Source of the DNA: a virus
Taxonomy: Duplodnaviria; Caudoviricetes
Reading direction: 5' to 3' (one strand)
Virus record (IMG/VR): IMGVR_UViG_3300037067_016725
Location: 51,508-115,507 of that record
Length of the DNA: 64,000 bases
Each line of letters begins with the position of its first letter. Position 1 is the stretch's first letter. Both the position numbers and the translations under genes were made by a program. The notes beneath the pieces were generated by a model, which was not told where the DNA came from, did not search any database, and worked only from the letters and a program-made list of their open reading frames with translations. This document shows, in pieces, positions 1 to 9,563 of the stretch.

Positions 1-77
1 GCGCCCCTTCTCCGGAGGCCAGCTCTTTCAGTACTCCTGAAGAGCCCACAACTCCTACAGAGTAATGAGGCTTCCCC

Positions 78-1139
78 TTGGATGTGGATAAGGCATATAC
101 GGTACTACAGAGGGTAGTGGAGACAGGGTACGACATGGCCGGAGTATCTGTTTTAGGTATTCCCATTGTACTTAAGACCATAACCCCTCTGGAAATATCC
201 TTGGCACGACAGCACTCCTTTGGAGGGGAGCTGAAAGTGTTCAGACTGTATCTATTGGCTTACCACACCTTGATGATAAAGGGCAAAACTTGCATAGAAG
301 AGCGTCCTAGATCCATAGAGGACCTGGTGGACTTCTACAAGTCCCTTCCCAAGGAAATTCTAGAGCTGGTTGAAGAGACTGCATATCAGTTACAACAAAG
401 ATACCGTAGATATATGCGTCTGATAGAGGGGTTCACTTTATCAGACAGTTCTCGTACCCTATGGAAGCTCCGCAAAGGTAATGCCTGCATAAACGAGGAG
501 ACGACTGGAATCCCTGGGTCCACCTACCTTGGCGTATCCGAATGCACCCTGGCCTGGTCTGTAGTAAATACCTCCCTAGATCAGAATGAAGAGTATGAGA
601 GAGGGATGGAGGAAGCAATGTTTATTGCTTCTGCCTCAAACCCTAAGGGTGTGGACAAGATAAGCAAGAGCATGGAAGTCTCCAAAAAAGAGGCCCAGGA
701 AAGAAAGAAAATCCTAATAAAGTACGGGAGCATTATACATAAGGATCTTATAGAGGGTAACGAGATAGTCAAGAAAGAAAAGTGGGCTGCCTCTGTTACA
801 ACCAGTGAAGACCTTGTGAAAGAGCTTAATCGCCAGATGAAAGGGGAAAAGGATAGGCATGATCTCTTTATGGAGTCCTATCTCGAAAGGATAAGGAAGG
901 CTGCTGAAGAAGAACAGCGAAAGGCAGAAGAGAAACTTCATGAGATTCGAGAGAATCGAAAACTGGTACCTATTCCAACGGGGAGCTTTGAGCTCACCCC
1001 AGAAGACAGGGAAAGGATGAAGAACAGGGAAGTGGCCGCGTTCGATCTGGCTACCCAAAAAAGGGATAACTCCCTAAATGGGGGAAGCCAGAGGGTTTCT
1101 ACAGTAGGAAAGAGAGTGCTAAGGGCAGGTAGGAGATAG
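78..1139 (+). CDS. Hypothetical phage protein, possible tail assembly chaperone
   Basis: 353-aa ORF (TTG start, uncertain) directly upstream of the tape-measure-like gene; charged helical C-terminus; function inferred from position only. Confidence 0.4.
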   Translation: MDVDKAYTVLQRVVETGYDMAGVSVLGIPIVLKTITPLEISLARQHSFGGELKVFRLYLLAYHTLMIKGKTCIEERPRSIEDLVDFYKSLPKEILELVEETAYQLQQRYRRYMRLIEGFTLSDSSRTLWKLRKGNACINEETTGIPGSTYLGVSECTLAWSVVNTSLDQNEEYERGMEEAMFIASASNPKGVDKISKSMEVSKKEAQERKKILIKYGSIIHKDLIEGNEIVKKEKWAASVTTSEDLVKELNRQMKGEKDRHDLFMESYLERIRKAAEEEQRKAEEKLHEIRENRKLVPIPTGSFELTPEDRERMKNREVAAFDLATQKRDNSLNGGSQRVSTVGKRVLRAGRR

Positions 1140-1141
1140 GT

Positions 1142-4100
1142 ATGAGTGACGGGATACTAAACAGTGCTAACATCGAAGAAGCCAATAGGGGTACTGCTAC
1201 ACTAGCCAGTAACCTTAATAGTGCTGCAGCAGCCCAGGCCAAGCTTACCTCCGAAGAAGAAAAGCAGTTAAAGGTAATACGGGAAGCCCTAAAAGATAAG
1301 AGATCTCTGACTCAAGAGGAAGAGAAGTACCATGACAGTGTCAAGAAGACTCTTTCAGCAGAGAGAAAGAGGGCGGACTATGTAGAGAGAACCAACAGGA
1401 GGATGGAGAGGTTCCTTAAGGAAGCTCCAGAGCTCGTTGGTGATCTAGACAAGAGCTTTGCTCTTGCAGGAAACAAGCTTGAGAAGTCTGTAAATGCTGA
1501 ATTGGAAAAGATGCTAAAGGACTTGGACAAAGCCCTTGAGTTAGGTACTGAGATAAAAAAAGTTGACCTGTTCAATATCGACGATCTGAAGAAAGCACAA
1601 AAGGTCATCAAGGGAATAAACGATGATCTAAGCAAGTTTGACGATAGAACCTTTGGGAAAGGGATGCTGAAGAGATCAGCCCAGATGAAGGGTGTTCTGG
1701 GGGGAGTTAGGTCTGGTTGGAAGGACAGAACCGGAAATGGCTGGAGAGAATCCGGAGAGTACCTTAAGAAAATGGGAGCCAACAGGATTGCAGCAAAGGG
1801 AGGGTCCTCCATAGCCGGCTCCGCTGCATCCATGATGGGTGGGGCGATGGCAGGTGCTGCCAAGTTTGTTCCTGTAGCTGGTGCCGTGGTGTCCGCGGTA
1901 TCCGCAATAAACGATGCCATAAATGCTGCAGATAGAATAGCTAAGGGTGCTCACAAAGATTACAAAGCCTTGGCAGGCCCCATATTTCAAGGTGGAAAGT
2001 TTGAAGGGGATTCTCGTAGGTATAACAAGGAGATTCGCAATGTAAGCAGGAATCTAGACCTTGGTGTAGACTATGAAGAATGGAATGCCATGTTTGAATC
2101 TATGAAAGGAGCAGGCATGACACTTCAGGGGGTTGAAAAGAACTTTGGTTCCTTTGGCGACACCATGGAGTCTGTGCAGCAGACAAGCGTTATGTTGGGA
2201 ACTAGCCTTGAGGTAACTGGGGACTACTTTGCCAAGCAATCACAGATGACAAGGTCTGGCCTAAAGACCATGGAAAAAGGATTTTTGGAAGTAGCCAGGG
2301 GTGCTAAAGTAGCGGGCATGGAAACCAATAAGTTTTATGATTATGTCTTACAGACTACAAACGCGATGGCGCTTTATGGGGACTACACTGCTGCCGCTGC
2401 CGTAGCCGTTAAAAAGGGAGCATCGAATGCTACAACCAGCCAGGAGAAGGGAGCACAGGCTGCCACGGATATAGCTTCCTGGTTAGGTAAGATGGATAAC
2501 TCTACGGCCATGAACATTGGTGCCTTTGTGAATAAGAGTGGTGCCAACGCCAACGACATTGCAGACAACCTGGCCAGTAAATTTGCTGAAAAGATGGCTT
2601 CTCTACAGGAGGGTTCCCAAGAGTGGCTTAAATATTCTAATCTAAAGAAGGATGTGGAATCGGTTAAAGCTTCCACAGGAAATAACGCTTTGAAACTGGG
2701 CATGCTCGCTAGAATGTCTAGCACAGAGGTAGGTCCCTCTATGCTTATTCAGGCGGTTAAGCAGCTAACCGGTGCAGGAAACAAAGACCTGCTGAGCATG
2801 ATGAGAAGTGGGAACACTGGGATGATGCTGCAGAAGGTAGAAGCCCTGGGACTTCCTAGGGAAATAATGGACCAGCTTACCCAGATGATGAAGGGTGCAG
2901 GTACTTCCGGTGATGTCTTTGCAAAGCATCTACAGCCCCTCTTTGACAAGATCCTTAAAATAGAGGATGAGGGGGAAAGGAAGAAGCAGATACAGGAGCT
3001 TCAGAATATAGCAGATATCCTTAAAAAGGGGGAAGCTGCAAGTACCGAACAGATGGATATAGCTGCTGCCTTCATGTCAAAACAGGGGATTTCTAGGGAA
3101 TTCTTCATGAACGAAGCGGTTAAGGATGCTATGACCATAGGAGAAACCCTTGATGCAAGCTTGGGTAACCTTCGAAAGGGAAAACCTACGGGGTTTAGCG
3201 TAGGGGCATTTGCTGAAAAGTCCGTAGCTAACCTGGCTGTGGAGAGCAGAGGATTCCTTCCCGCTTCGTTAAAGCCCGCAGATCAGAAGTCTGTGAATAA
3301 GCTCACAACTCCTTTGGAGAAGCTAACCAAGATAACAATGGACTCCATTAAGTTTGATGCTTCTGATAGCCAGCTGGCAAAGGTAGGGATAGCCATATCT
3401 GCATCTATTAGAGATGGTGTTGGTAATATCTATGACTGGTTAATGCACAAAGACGATATGAAGCCTAAGAAGGAAGCAGAAGCTTTCTTGAAGAGCGAAA
3501 AGATGACTGTCATAGGGCAAAGTACTCGAGCTCTCAACAGTATTGTAGAGGGTCAGGATGCCCTAGTTAAGAGACTCAACGCCATAGATGACCCTACAAA
3601 GAAAAAAGAAGAGATGGAAAAGGCTCATCGTAGAAATGAAGAGGCTTTCAAAACTGCTGTTGATGCTATCATTCAGAACACTGAAGGAAAGGATAAGGAA
3701 AGACTATCTCAGTACAAGTCAGAAGCTCTGAAAAAAGGAGGACCTGTAGCGGATATGGTGAGCTACTTCCTCGATAAAGCCCGTACAACAGAAAGCTGGA
3801 AATCCATGCAGGCTAAGACTAAGGGGACCCTGGAAGTCTTAAAAAATCAGAAAGGTGGAGACTTCTCGGAGAGCACCCTACTACAGATAGCTGACTTAGA
3901 ACAGACAGCTAAAGATCTTTATGATCTTCAGACGGGTTCCAAGTATAAGGACCCCATGCAGGATCGCAGTAACTGGGAGTTTCAGCCTCCTCCTGGTATG
4001 GTTTCGGATAATGGCACTCCTAAACTTCCCGCGGACTTTGGTAAAAACATTCCTGCAAATATGAAGTTGCTCCCACTAGGTAACTCCCCTACAAACACTT

Positions 4101-4216
4101 CCACTGCAGGTGGGAAGAACCCCATTAATATCACTGTAGTCGAAGACAACTCAAAGGAAGGTAAGGGTACCTGGAGTGCCTCCACCAACACAAACCTTTA
4201 CCCTTCCACTCCCTAA
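1142..4216 (+). CDS. Tape-measure-like protein
   Basis: 1024 aa, helical, Ala/Gly/Lys/Met-rich; coiled-coil N-terminus; hydrophobic Ala/Gly stretch (AAKFVPVAGAVVSAVSAI); precedes tube-initiator/hub/spike genes. Confidence 0.65.
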   Translation: MSDGILNSANIEEANRGTATLASNLNSAAAAQAKLTSEEEKQLKVIREALKDKRSLTQEEEKYHDSVKKTLSAERKRADYVERTNRRMERFLKEAPELVGDLDKSFALAGNKLEKSVNAELEKMLKDLDKALELGTEIKKVDLFNIDDLKKAQKVIKGINDDLSKFDDRTFGKGMLKRSAQMKGVLGGVRSGWKDRTGNGWRESGEYLKKMGANRIAAKGGSSIAGSAASMMGGAMAGAAKFVPVAGAVVSAVSAINDAINAADRIAKGAHKDYKALAGPIFQGGKFEGDSRRYNKEIRNVSRNLDLGVDYEEWNAMFESMKGAGMTLQGVEKNFGSFGDTMESVQQTSVMLGTSLEVTGDYFAKQSQMTRSGLKTMEKGFLEVARGAKVAGMETNKFYDYVLQTTNAMALYGDYTAAAAVAVKKGASNATTSQEKGAQAATDIASWLGKMDNSTAMNIGAFVNKSGANANDIADNLASKFAEKMASLQEGSQEWLKYSNLKKDVESVKASTGNNALKLGMLARMSSTEVGPSMLIQAVKQLTGAGNKDLLSMMRSGNTGMMLQKVEALGLPREIMDQLTQMMKGAGTSGDVFAKHLQPLFDKILKIEDEGERKKQIQELQNIADILKKGEAASTEQMDIAAAFMSKQGISREFFMNEAVKDAMTIGETLDASLGNLRKGKPTGFSVGAFAEKSVANLAVESRGFLPASLKPADQKSVNKLTTPLEKLTKITMDSIKFDASDSQLAKVGIAISASIRDGVGNIYDWLMHKDDMKPKKEAEAFLKSEKMTVIGQSTRALNSIVEGQDALVKRLNAIDDPTKKKEEMEKAHRRNEEAFKTAVDAIIQNTEGKDKERLSQYKSEALKKGGPVADMVSYFLDKARTTESWKSMQAKTKGTLEVLKNQKGGDFSESTLLQIADLEQTAKDLYDLQTGSKYKDPMQDRSNWEFQPPPGMVSDNGTPKLPADFGKNIPANMKLLPLGNSPTNTSTAGGKNPINITVVEDNSKEGKGTWSASTNTNLYPSTP

Positions 4217-4233
4217 TGAGAAACTGGTGACCT

Positions 4234-5448
4234 ATGGATTTTTATACTGATGCAGCACAGACACAGCAAGCAAGTGAGGCCAATCCCTTTCTCAGAGGGG
4301 ACCTTGTTTATGAGGCTTTGGGCAAGATAGCCAAGGATAGGGAGTACCTGATTACTGTAGATGAATTTCTAGGTTCCTTCTATAACTCGTTGATTGATAT
4401 TTCCGAGACGGACACCACCTCCTTGTGTGTAGACAAGCAGGCCCTTATCACTCTGTTACAGCCTGGGGATAGTGCTCCTTACCTTCACATCTCATTTATT
4501 CCAAGGATAATGGATCTTACCTCCACTACCCCTCCGGTATCGAAGGTTCCGGTGTCTTGGTCCGCCTCAATGAAGGAGCAGGTTAGCATCGCATGGCTTA
4601 AGACATACTCCCATGCGATCTTCATACCCTACAATGATCTTGTTGCATACACAACACAAACTCCCGGATTTTCTAAACAGGATGCTATTGATATCCTGAA
4701 CAGCATTTCTGTAGGGAACGATAGAAGGGAATCAGGAAAGGCAAGCACCCTGGTACTTAACCCTGTAGAGATTAAATCCTCTACAGAAGTCAATGACTTT
4801 ACTGAGCCAGGGCTTACCCAATATACAATGCTACAGAAAAGGCCTCCTGGGGATTTTTTCAAGGTTGAGCTTATAGCCCCTTCTGGAACTCCCGGAGGAA
4901 TAGAACGACATAATATTGCTACGGCAACAGGAGAGGAAGTAACCTCCCTAATTCTGAATATGTCCCCAAACTCGTTAGTAGTAAACTCTGCTAAAAAAGT
5001 GAATAGGGTTCAATCCTTTACCCGATGGGTGGAAGAGCACTGGGGAGATGAAATAGATCAGATTTCCTTTTCAGGAAATACCTTTGCCTTCATCACTGAG
5101 GATTATGGGTTGGCGGTTGTAAATAGGGACACGTCTAGTCCCTACAAAGAATTACAACATCTTGTAAATATATATCTGCTTAATGGGGCCGTTTACCATA
5201 AGGAAGAGGACAGCACCCAGGACAGGCGTATGTTCTGGGATTATACCTCTGTGGGTAAAGCCAGTATGACCATAAATAGGCACCCCAGGGCAGGTCTTAT
5301 CAGTATGAGGTTGTACATAAAACTGAGTTGTGACTTTGCCCAGTTTGTAGGGTACTTCGAATCCTTTGACATAACAGAGGATGCCGTAAATCCGTATAGA
5401 ATGGCATACACTGTATCCTTCAAATCTGAGTACACTAAGTGGTTGTGA
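4234..5448 (+). CDS. Baseplate/tail tube initiator-like protein
   Basis: C-terminal half has a tube-like beta pattern (LNMSPNSL...EEHWGDEIDQISFSG...GYFESFDITEDAVNPYRMAYTVSF) shared with the next ORF; lies between tape measure and hub. Confidence 0.55.
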   Translation: MDFYTDAAQTQQASEANPFLRGDLVYEALGKIAKDREYLITVDEFLGSFYNSLIDISETDTTSLCVDKQALITLLQPGDSAPYLHISFIPRIMDLTSTTPPVSKVPVSWSASMKEQVSIAWLKTYSHAIFIPYNDLVAYTTQTPGFSKQDAIDILNSISVGNDRRESGKASTLVLNPVEIKSSTEVNDFTEPGLTQYTMLQKRPPGDFFKVELIAPSGTPGGIERHNIATATGEEVTSLILNMSPNSLVVNSAKKVNRVQSFTRWVEEHWGDEIDQISFSGNTFAFITEDYGLAVVNRDTSSPYKELQHLVNIYLLNGAVYHKEEDSTQDRRMFWDYTSVGKASMTINRHPRAGLISMRLYIKLSCDFAQFVGYFESFDITEDAVNPYRMAYTVSFKSEYTKWL

Positions 5449-5449
5449 T

Positions 5450-7030
5450 ATGAACGAGAATGATTTAACATATGTATTTGGAAGGAAGCTGAAGGATGCA
5501 GGGGACACTGTTCTTCCTGATTCTGCTTTACCGACAATCGGAAATGGGATAGACACATATTCTCTCTCTATTAAAACACATACTGACGTTACCTCGGTTT
5601 TATCGGGTTTCAAAAAGGAGGGGTACCTTCCCTTCCTGATATCTCAGATAGACTCTAACAGAATAGCTAGCTCCTGGAAACTAGGGTTACTTGTAAATCC
5701 TTCTGATATAAATTTTGGTTCTTCACAAAATGTGGATACCAAGTTTGGACGCAATTCCCATATAGTGACATTGTGGGGTGCAAGCCAGTTAACCATTACT
5801 GGAAACGGATCTTCTGCAGCCTTTTTTGACCCTGACACGGGTTTGGCGGACGTATTCACTCGAAAGACTACTAAGGCTTATGCCAATCTAATGTCCTTTG
5901 TTCAGACAATGCGGAACAATGGGTATTATGCTCTATCCACCACTAAAATGGTGGAGGTGCGTAGGGAGAGCTCTTTCCAAGAGGGAGACAATAGTGCAAC
6001 GGGGGAAGATGCTGCTCAAAAAGAGAAGAATAGTCAGAATGTGTCTTCTGTAGAAAACACGGGAAACCCCTTGTCCTCCTCTAAAGATGGGGAATCATAC
6101 ATTACCCCTATTGTGGGAGGAAACAATAACAGAGTCATTCATGTTATGGACAACATGTCCATTTCTTATGGAGGCACTTCCTACTTAGGGTCCTTTGCAT
6201 CTTTCTCTATAGAAGCTTCGGGGGATTCCCCCTATTCATTAAAGTATTCCTTTGTTTTCATAGTGTCTGGTCTTGACGGGGATACCGTAGATGGCCATAT
6301 CAATGATGGAAATAATAAGGACACAGGGATAGTTGTAGGGAAGCAGGGGACTAACTTTATATATTCCCTTGGTATAAGTAAGGACTTCCTGGGAAAGGCC
6401 TCGGGAATGGCCAGCTATCTCATAAACACAGCAGATACCCAACTCTCCGGTAAATACTATTTGCCAACACCAACCAGTTATGGGGCCCTGGCAATCCCCC
6501 CAGAGTGGGAAGCTGTTGTTAAAAGTGCTGCACAGGCTAATGGAATCCTTCCCTCTTATGTAGCAACGGTTATTTGTAACGAGTCTGGTTGGAATCCTAA
6601 GGCAAAAGGTCCTGCAGTGACGGGGTCCACTACTGCCAGCAACAATGGTAGACATGCTTTGGGCCTAGGACAGTTTATGCCAGCCACAGCAGAGGATCAG
6701 CATCTTGCAGGAGCAATCGCCAACACTACCGATGACCCTAACAATACTCGGGATCAGAGGCTAGACCCGGTAAAAGCAATAAATGCTGTAGCCCGATACT
6801 TGGCCCAGCTTCTAAGGGGGCAGGGAAATGTGATTGAGCTGGGGGTAGCAGCATACAACGCGGGTCCGGGTACCGTGAACAATGCAGTAGCAAAATGTGG
6901 GGGAGATCGTGAAAATCCAAATGTGATTTCTCTTCTTCCTAGACAGGAAACAAAAGACTATGTTGCTAGGTTTTTAGCCAGGCAAAAAGGCTATTCTTAT
7001 TTAGATTCAACCGGTGTACTTCAGGAATAA
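5450..7030 (+). CDS. Tail-associated lytic transglycosylase (SLT/GH23) fused to tube-initiator-like domain
   Basis: SLT motifs ICNESGWNP, GLGQFMPATA, AAYNAGPG, ETKDYV at the C-terminus; N-terminal domain paralogous to 4234..5448. Confidence 0.85.
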   Translation: MNENDLTYVFGRKLKDAGDTVLPDSALPTIGNGIDTYSLSIKTHTDVTSVLSGFKKEGYLPFLISQIDSNRIASSWKLGLLVNPSDINFGSSQNVDTKFGRNSHIVTLWGASQLTITGNGSSAAFFDPDTGLADVFTRKTTKAYANLMSFVQTMRNNGYYALSTTKMVEVRRESSFQEGDNSATGEDAAQKEKNSQNVSSVENTGNPLSSSKDGESYITPIVGGNNNRVIHVMDNMSISYGGTSYLGSFASFSIEASGDSPYSLKYSFVFIVSGLDGDTVDGHINDGNNKDTGIVVGKQGTNFIYSLGISKDFLGKASGMASYLINTADTQLSGKYYLPTPTSYGALAIPPEWEAVVKSAAQANGILPSYVATVICNESGWNPKAKGPAVTGSTTASNNGRHALGLGQFMPATAEDQHLAGAIANTTDDPNNTRDQRLDPVKAINAVARYLAQLLRGQGNVIELGVAAYNAGPGTVNNAVAKCGGDRENPNVISLLPRQETKDYVARFLARQKGYSYLDSTGVLQE

Positions 7031-7037
7031 CAGAACC

Positions 7038-9548
7038 ATGGCGAATACAGGTATTTATACTCTACAGGAGTTCAAAAACAGACAGGCCCTCAAACTGGCT
7101 CCTGATATGTTTATTACGGTCATGGGGAAGACTGATGCTAGGGTGTTGCTGTCCGAATCCAGCATAGTTGAAAAGACTTCTGATGGGGAACTTATTGAGA
7201 ATCAGACAGTAGCCAATGTAAAGAACTTTGACTTCAAAGGAGGCCTCCTAAGTGTTAACACTGATTGTGCTGCACAGCCAGGGGCTGGAACTTGTACAAT
7301 ATCTTTTTCGTGCCCAACATACGATAGCTTAAACGAGAACTACTATATCACTCTACCGAACGGGACTAAATCCTTATTCTTCCAGTCTATGATGGAGGTT
7401 AGGGTATATTCGAAGGGTAGGTTCTTGAGCAAGGATGGAACCCCCATTTACTACCCTGTGTTTTGGGGATTTATTACCACAGTTAATGAGGATGTCCAAG
7501 GAAATAACGCTAATATCTCCTTGGCCTGTAGGGATTGTCTTGGCTGGTGGGAGTACCAATATGTGAATATTGTTAACTCTAGTGTTCAGGAGAAGTACGG
7601 TGGTAACCCTCCAGGCAATGCAGGTAGCCTTTATAGATTCATGAACCCTTGGGCATGCATCCTTAACTTGTTCAGACAGACTGGCTTTGACAATTTCATA
7701 TTCCCTACCTTCACGAAGGGGTCAGATCTGAGCCAGACAGAAGCTCCTTACACCTTGTCCAATCAGGACGGGACTAACAACAAAGGTGCCTATGAGTTGT
7801 TAGCAGGAGCCGTTATTAAGGATTGGAAAGACAGATATGGCTTGGGGTCTGTACTTCCTACAAGTGGAAAGAAAAACTTTTCAAACTTAGAGATGTATGG
7901 TATTAGTGGTCGTATAGACCTCAACTCTACCAATGAGCTTACCGCGGTAAGAGAAAAGGATATAGGAGATCAGCAAGCCTCCGCAGCTAGTAGGAAGGAT
8001 ACCAATGGAGTACCCTCGGCAACGGACGCTGCTAGGAAAATATACAAGGATAACTATGATGCAAAAAAGGTAGCTACTGAGAATACTTCAGGAACTTCGG
8101 GGGATCAAGTATCTTCAGGGTATGAAGAGGAAGGAGATCCCTTCTATGTAGTTTCCCGTTTTCAGCAGGCAGGTGATGATGTTGTTCCTGACTTTGGTAT
8201 AATGGGTGAAACCCTTCCCTTTGGTAACATGGAAGAATACCAAGTAGGTACGGAACCCGTTAAATACACCAAGCTTGAGACAGCCTCCCGTGTGGCGGAT
8301 AGCATTGGGTTTGAATTCTTTCAGGATACTAATGGCGTCTTTGTTTTCAAACCTCCCTTCTTCAACATGAATGTTATCAGAAACAAGATCTATGTGATTA
8401 AGCTGGAGGACATCCTTTCCTTTAATGCTGCAGAGGATTCCACACAGGTGGTTACCTTTATGGAGGCAACGGCTCCACTAATCCAGCTAGGCACTGCTGC
8501 CCCATATCTAGCCTATCATGTTGACTTTGCTATGATGGACAAGTATGGAATAAGGGAGAAGTCTGCTACCCTTATGTATGGTGGTTCTCCACGTAGAATA
8601 AGGGCTATGGCATGCAGTGAAATGGCAAAGGCAAATATCAATGTGTTCACTGCCAGCCTTACTATTGTGCATAGGCCCGAGCTAAGGGTAGGATACCCTA
8701 TATACATCGACCACTTGGATACCTTCTATTATGTTAAGTCCATAAACCATTCCCTTGCTTTCGGGTCCAGCGCCACTACAACCCTGTCCTTATGTGCTCG
8801 GAGGACAAGAGTGTATAACAACAATGGTGAACTGATGAGGGGTTATATATACAAACCCTTTGACTCCTTCAAGTATGGGGACAACCTGTCCACTTCACAG
8901 ATAGTAAAGGAAGAAAATAAAGAGGTCATGCGTGTTTTTGATAGTAGGGATGCCTCGAAAAAGCTGGAGGCAGCCAGGGCAATGGATGACTTAGGGGTGG
9001 GGACAAAAGGAGAGTCCAACCCTAGTGCCGCATATGCTAGGAAGCCTACAGCCACTGATAGGTATTACAGGGCAAATAATCTTACAGCTTCACCTACCCC
9101 CGGCTTTTGGGTTCCTGTACAAGCGACCTCTATGAGGAATCTCCAGGATACCTCTAGTGATGCAAACAAACCTGTGGCTTTTGATGCAACTCGGTTTAGT
9201 GAACTGTATATGTTCCAGGAGCAGTCCGACCCGAGCGAGCCCAACTTGACTGCAGAGGAATCTGCAAAGGGGTCCCACCCCTACACTGACATAAACGGGT
9301 TCCAACATATAGGAGGGTTCCCTTATGGTGCTACTCTTATTATGGGGCCAGACTCTACCATAAGAGGATCATCCTCTGGGTCAGATATATCAGAAGATGT
9401 GGCTACCCTGGATTTACCTGGATTAGAGGGAGCCAGCAAGACTGTGGCTCCGGTGGTTACCCCCGCAAATGCAGGTATGACAATTGCAGGGACAAAAGAA
9501 GAAACCACTGATAAGTCTGATGATGTTGCTAGTATAGACTTGGCTTAG
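7038..9548 (+). CDS. Baseplate hub protein (T4 gp27/VgrG N-terminal-like)
   Basis: Hub-like motifs VFWGFITTV, IGFEFFQDTNGVFVFKPP, RPELRVGYPIYI..YYVKSINHS; ATG at 7038 preferred over GTG 7014; followed by spike gene. Confidence 0.7.
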   Translation: MANTGIYTLQEFKNRQALKLAPDMFITVMGKTDARVLLSESSIVEKTSDGELIENQTVANVKNFDFKGGLLSVNTDCAAQPGAGTCTISFSCPTYDSLNENYYITLPNGTKSLFFQSMMEVRVYSKGRFLSKDGTPIYYPVFWGFITTVNEDVQGNNANISLACRDCLGWWEYQYVNIVNSSVQEKYGGNPPGNAGSLYRFMNPWACILNLFRQTGFDNFIFPTFTKGSDLSQTEAPYTLSNQDGTNNKGAYELLAGAVIKDWKDRYGLGSVLPTSGKKNFSNLEMYGISGRIDLNSTNELTAVREKDIGDQQASAASRKDTNGVPSATDAARKIYKDNYDAKKVATENTSGTSGDQVSSGYEEEGDPFYVVSRFQQAGDDVVPDFGIMGETLPFGNMEEYQVGTEPVKYTKLETASRVADSIGFEFFQDTNGVFVFKPPFFNMNVIRNKIYVIKLEDILSFNAAEDSTQVVTFMEATAPLIQLGTAAPYLAYHVDFAMMDKYGIREKSATLMYGGSPRRIRAMACSEMAKANINVFTASLTIVHRPELRVGYPIYIDHLDTFYYVKSINHSLAFGSSATTTLSLCARRTRVYNNNGELMRGYIYKPFDSFKYGDNLSTSQIVKEENKEVMRVFDSRDASKKLEAARAMDDLGVGTKGESNPSAAYARKPTATDRYYRANNLTASPTPGFWVPVQATSMRNLQDTSSDANKPVAFDATRFSELYMFQEQSDPSEPNLTAEESAKGSHPYTDINGFQHIGGFPYGATLIMGPDSTIRGSSSGSDISEDVATLDLPGLEGASKTVAPVVTPANAGMTIAGTKEETTDKSDDVASIDLA

Positions 9549-9563
9549 CCGAGCGAGGGAACT

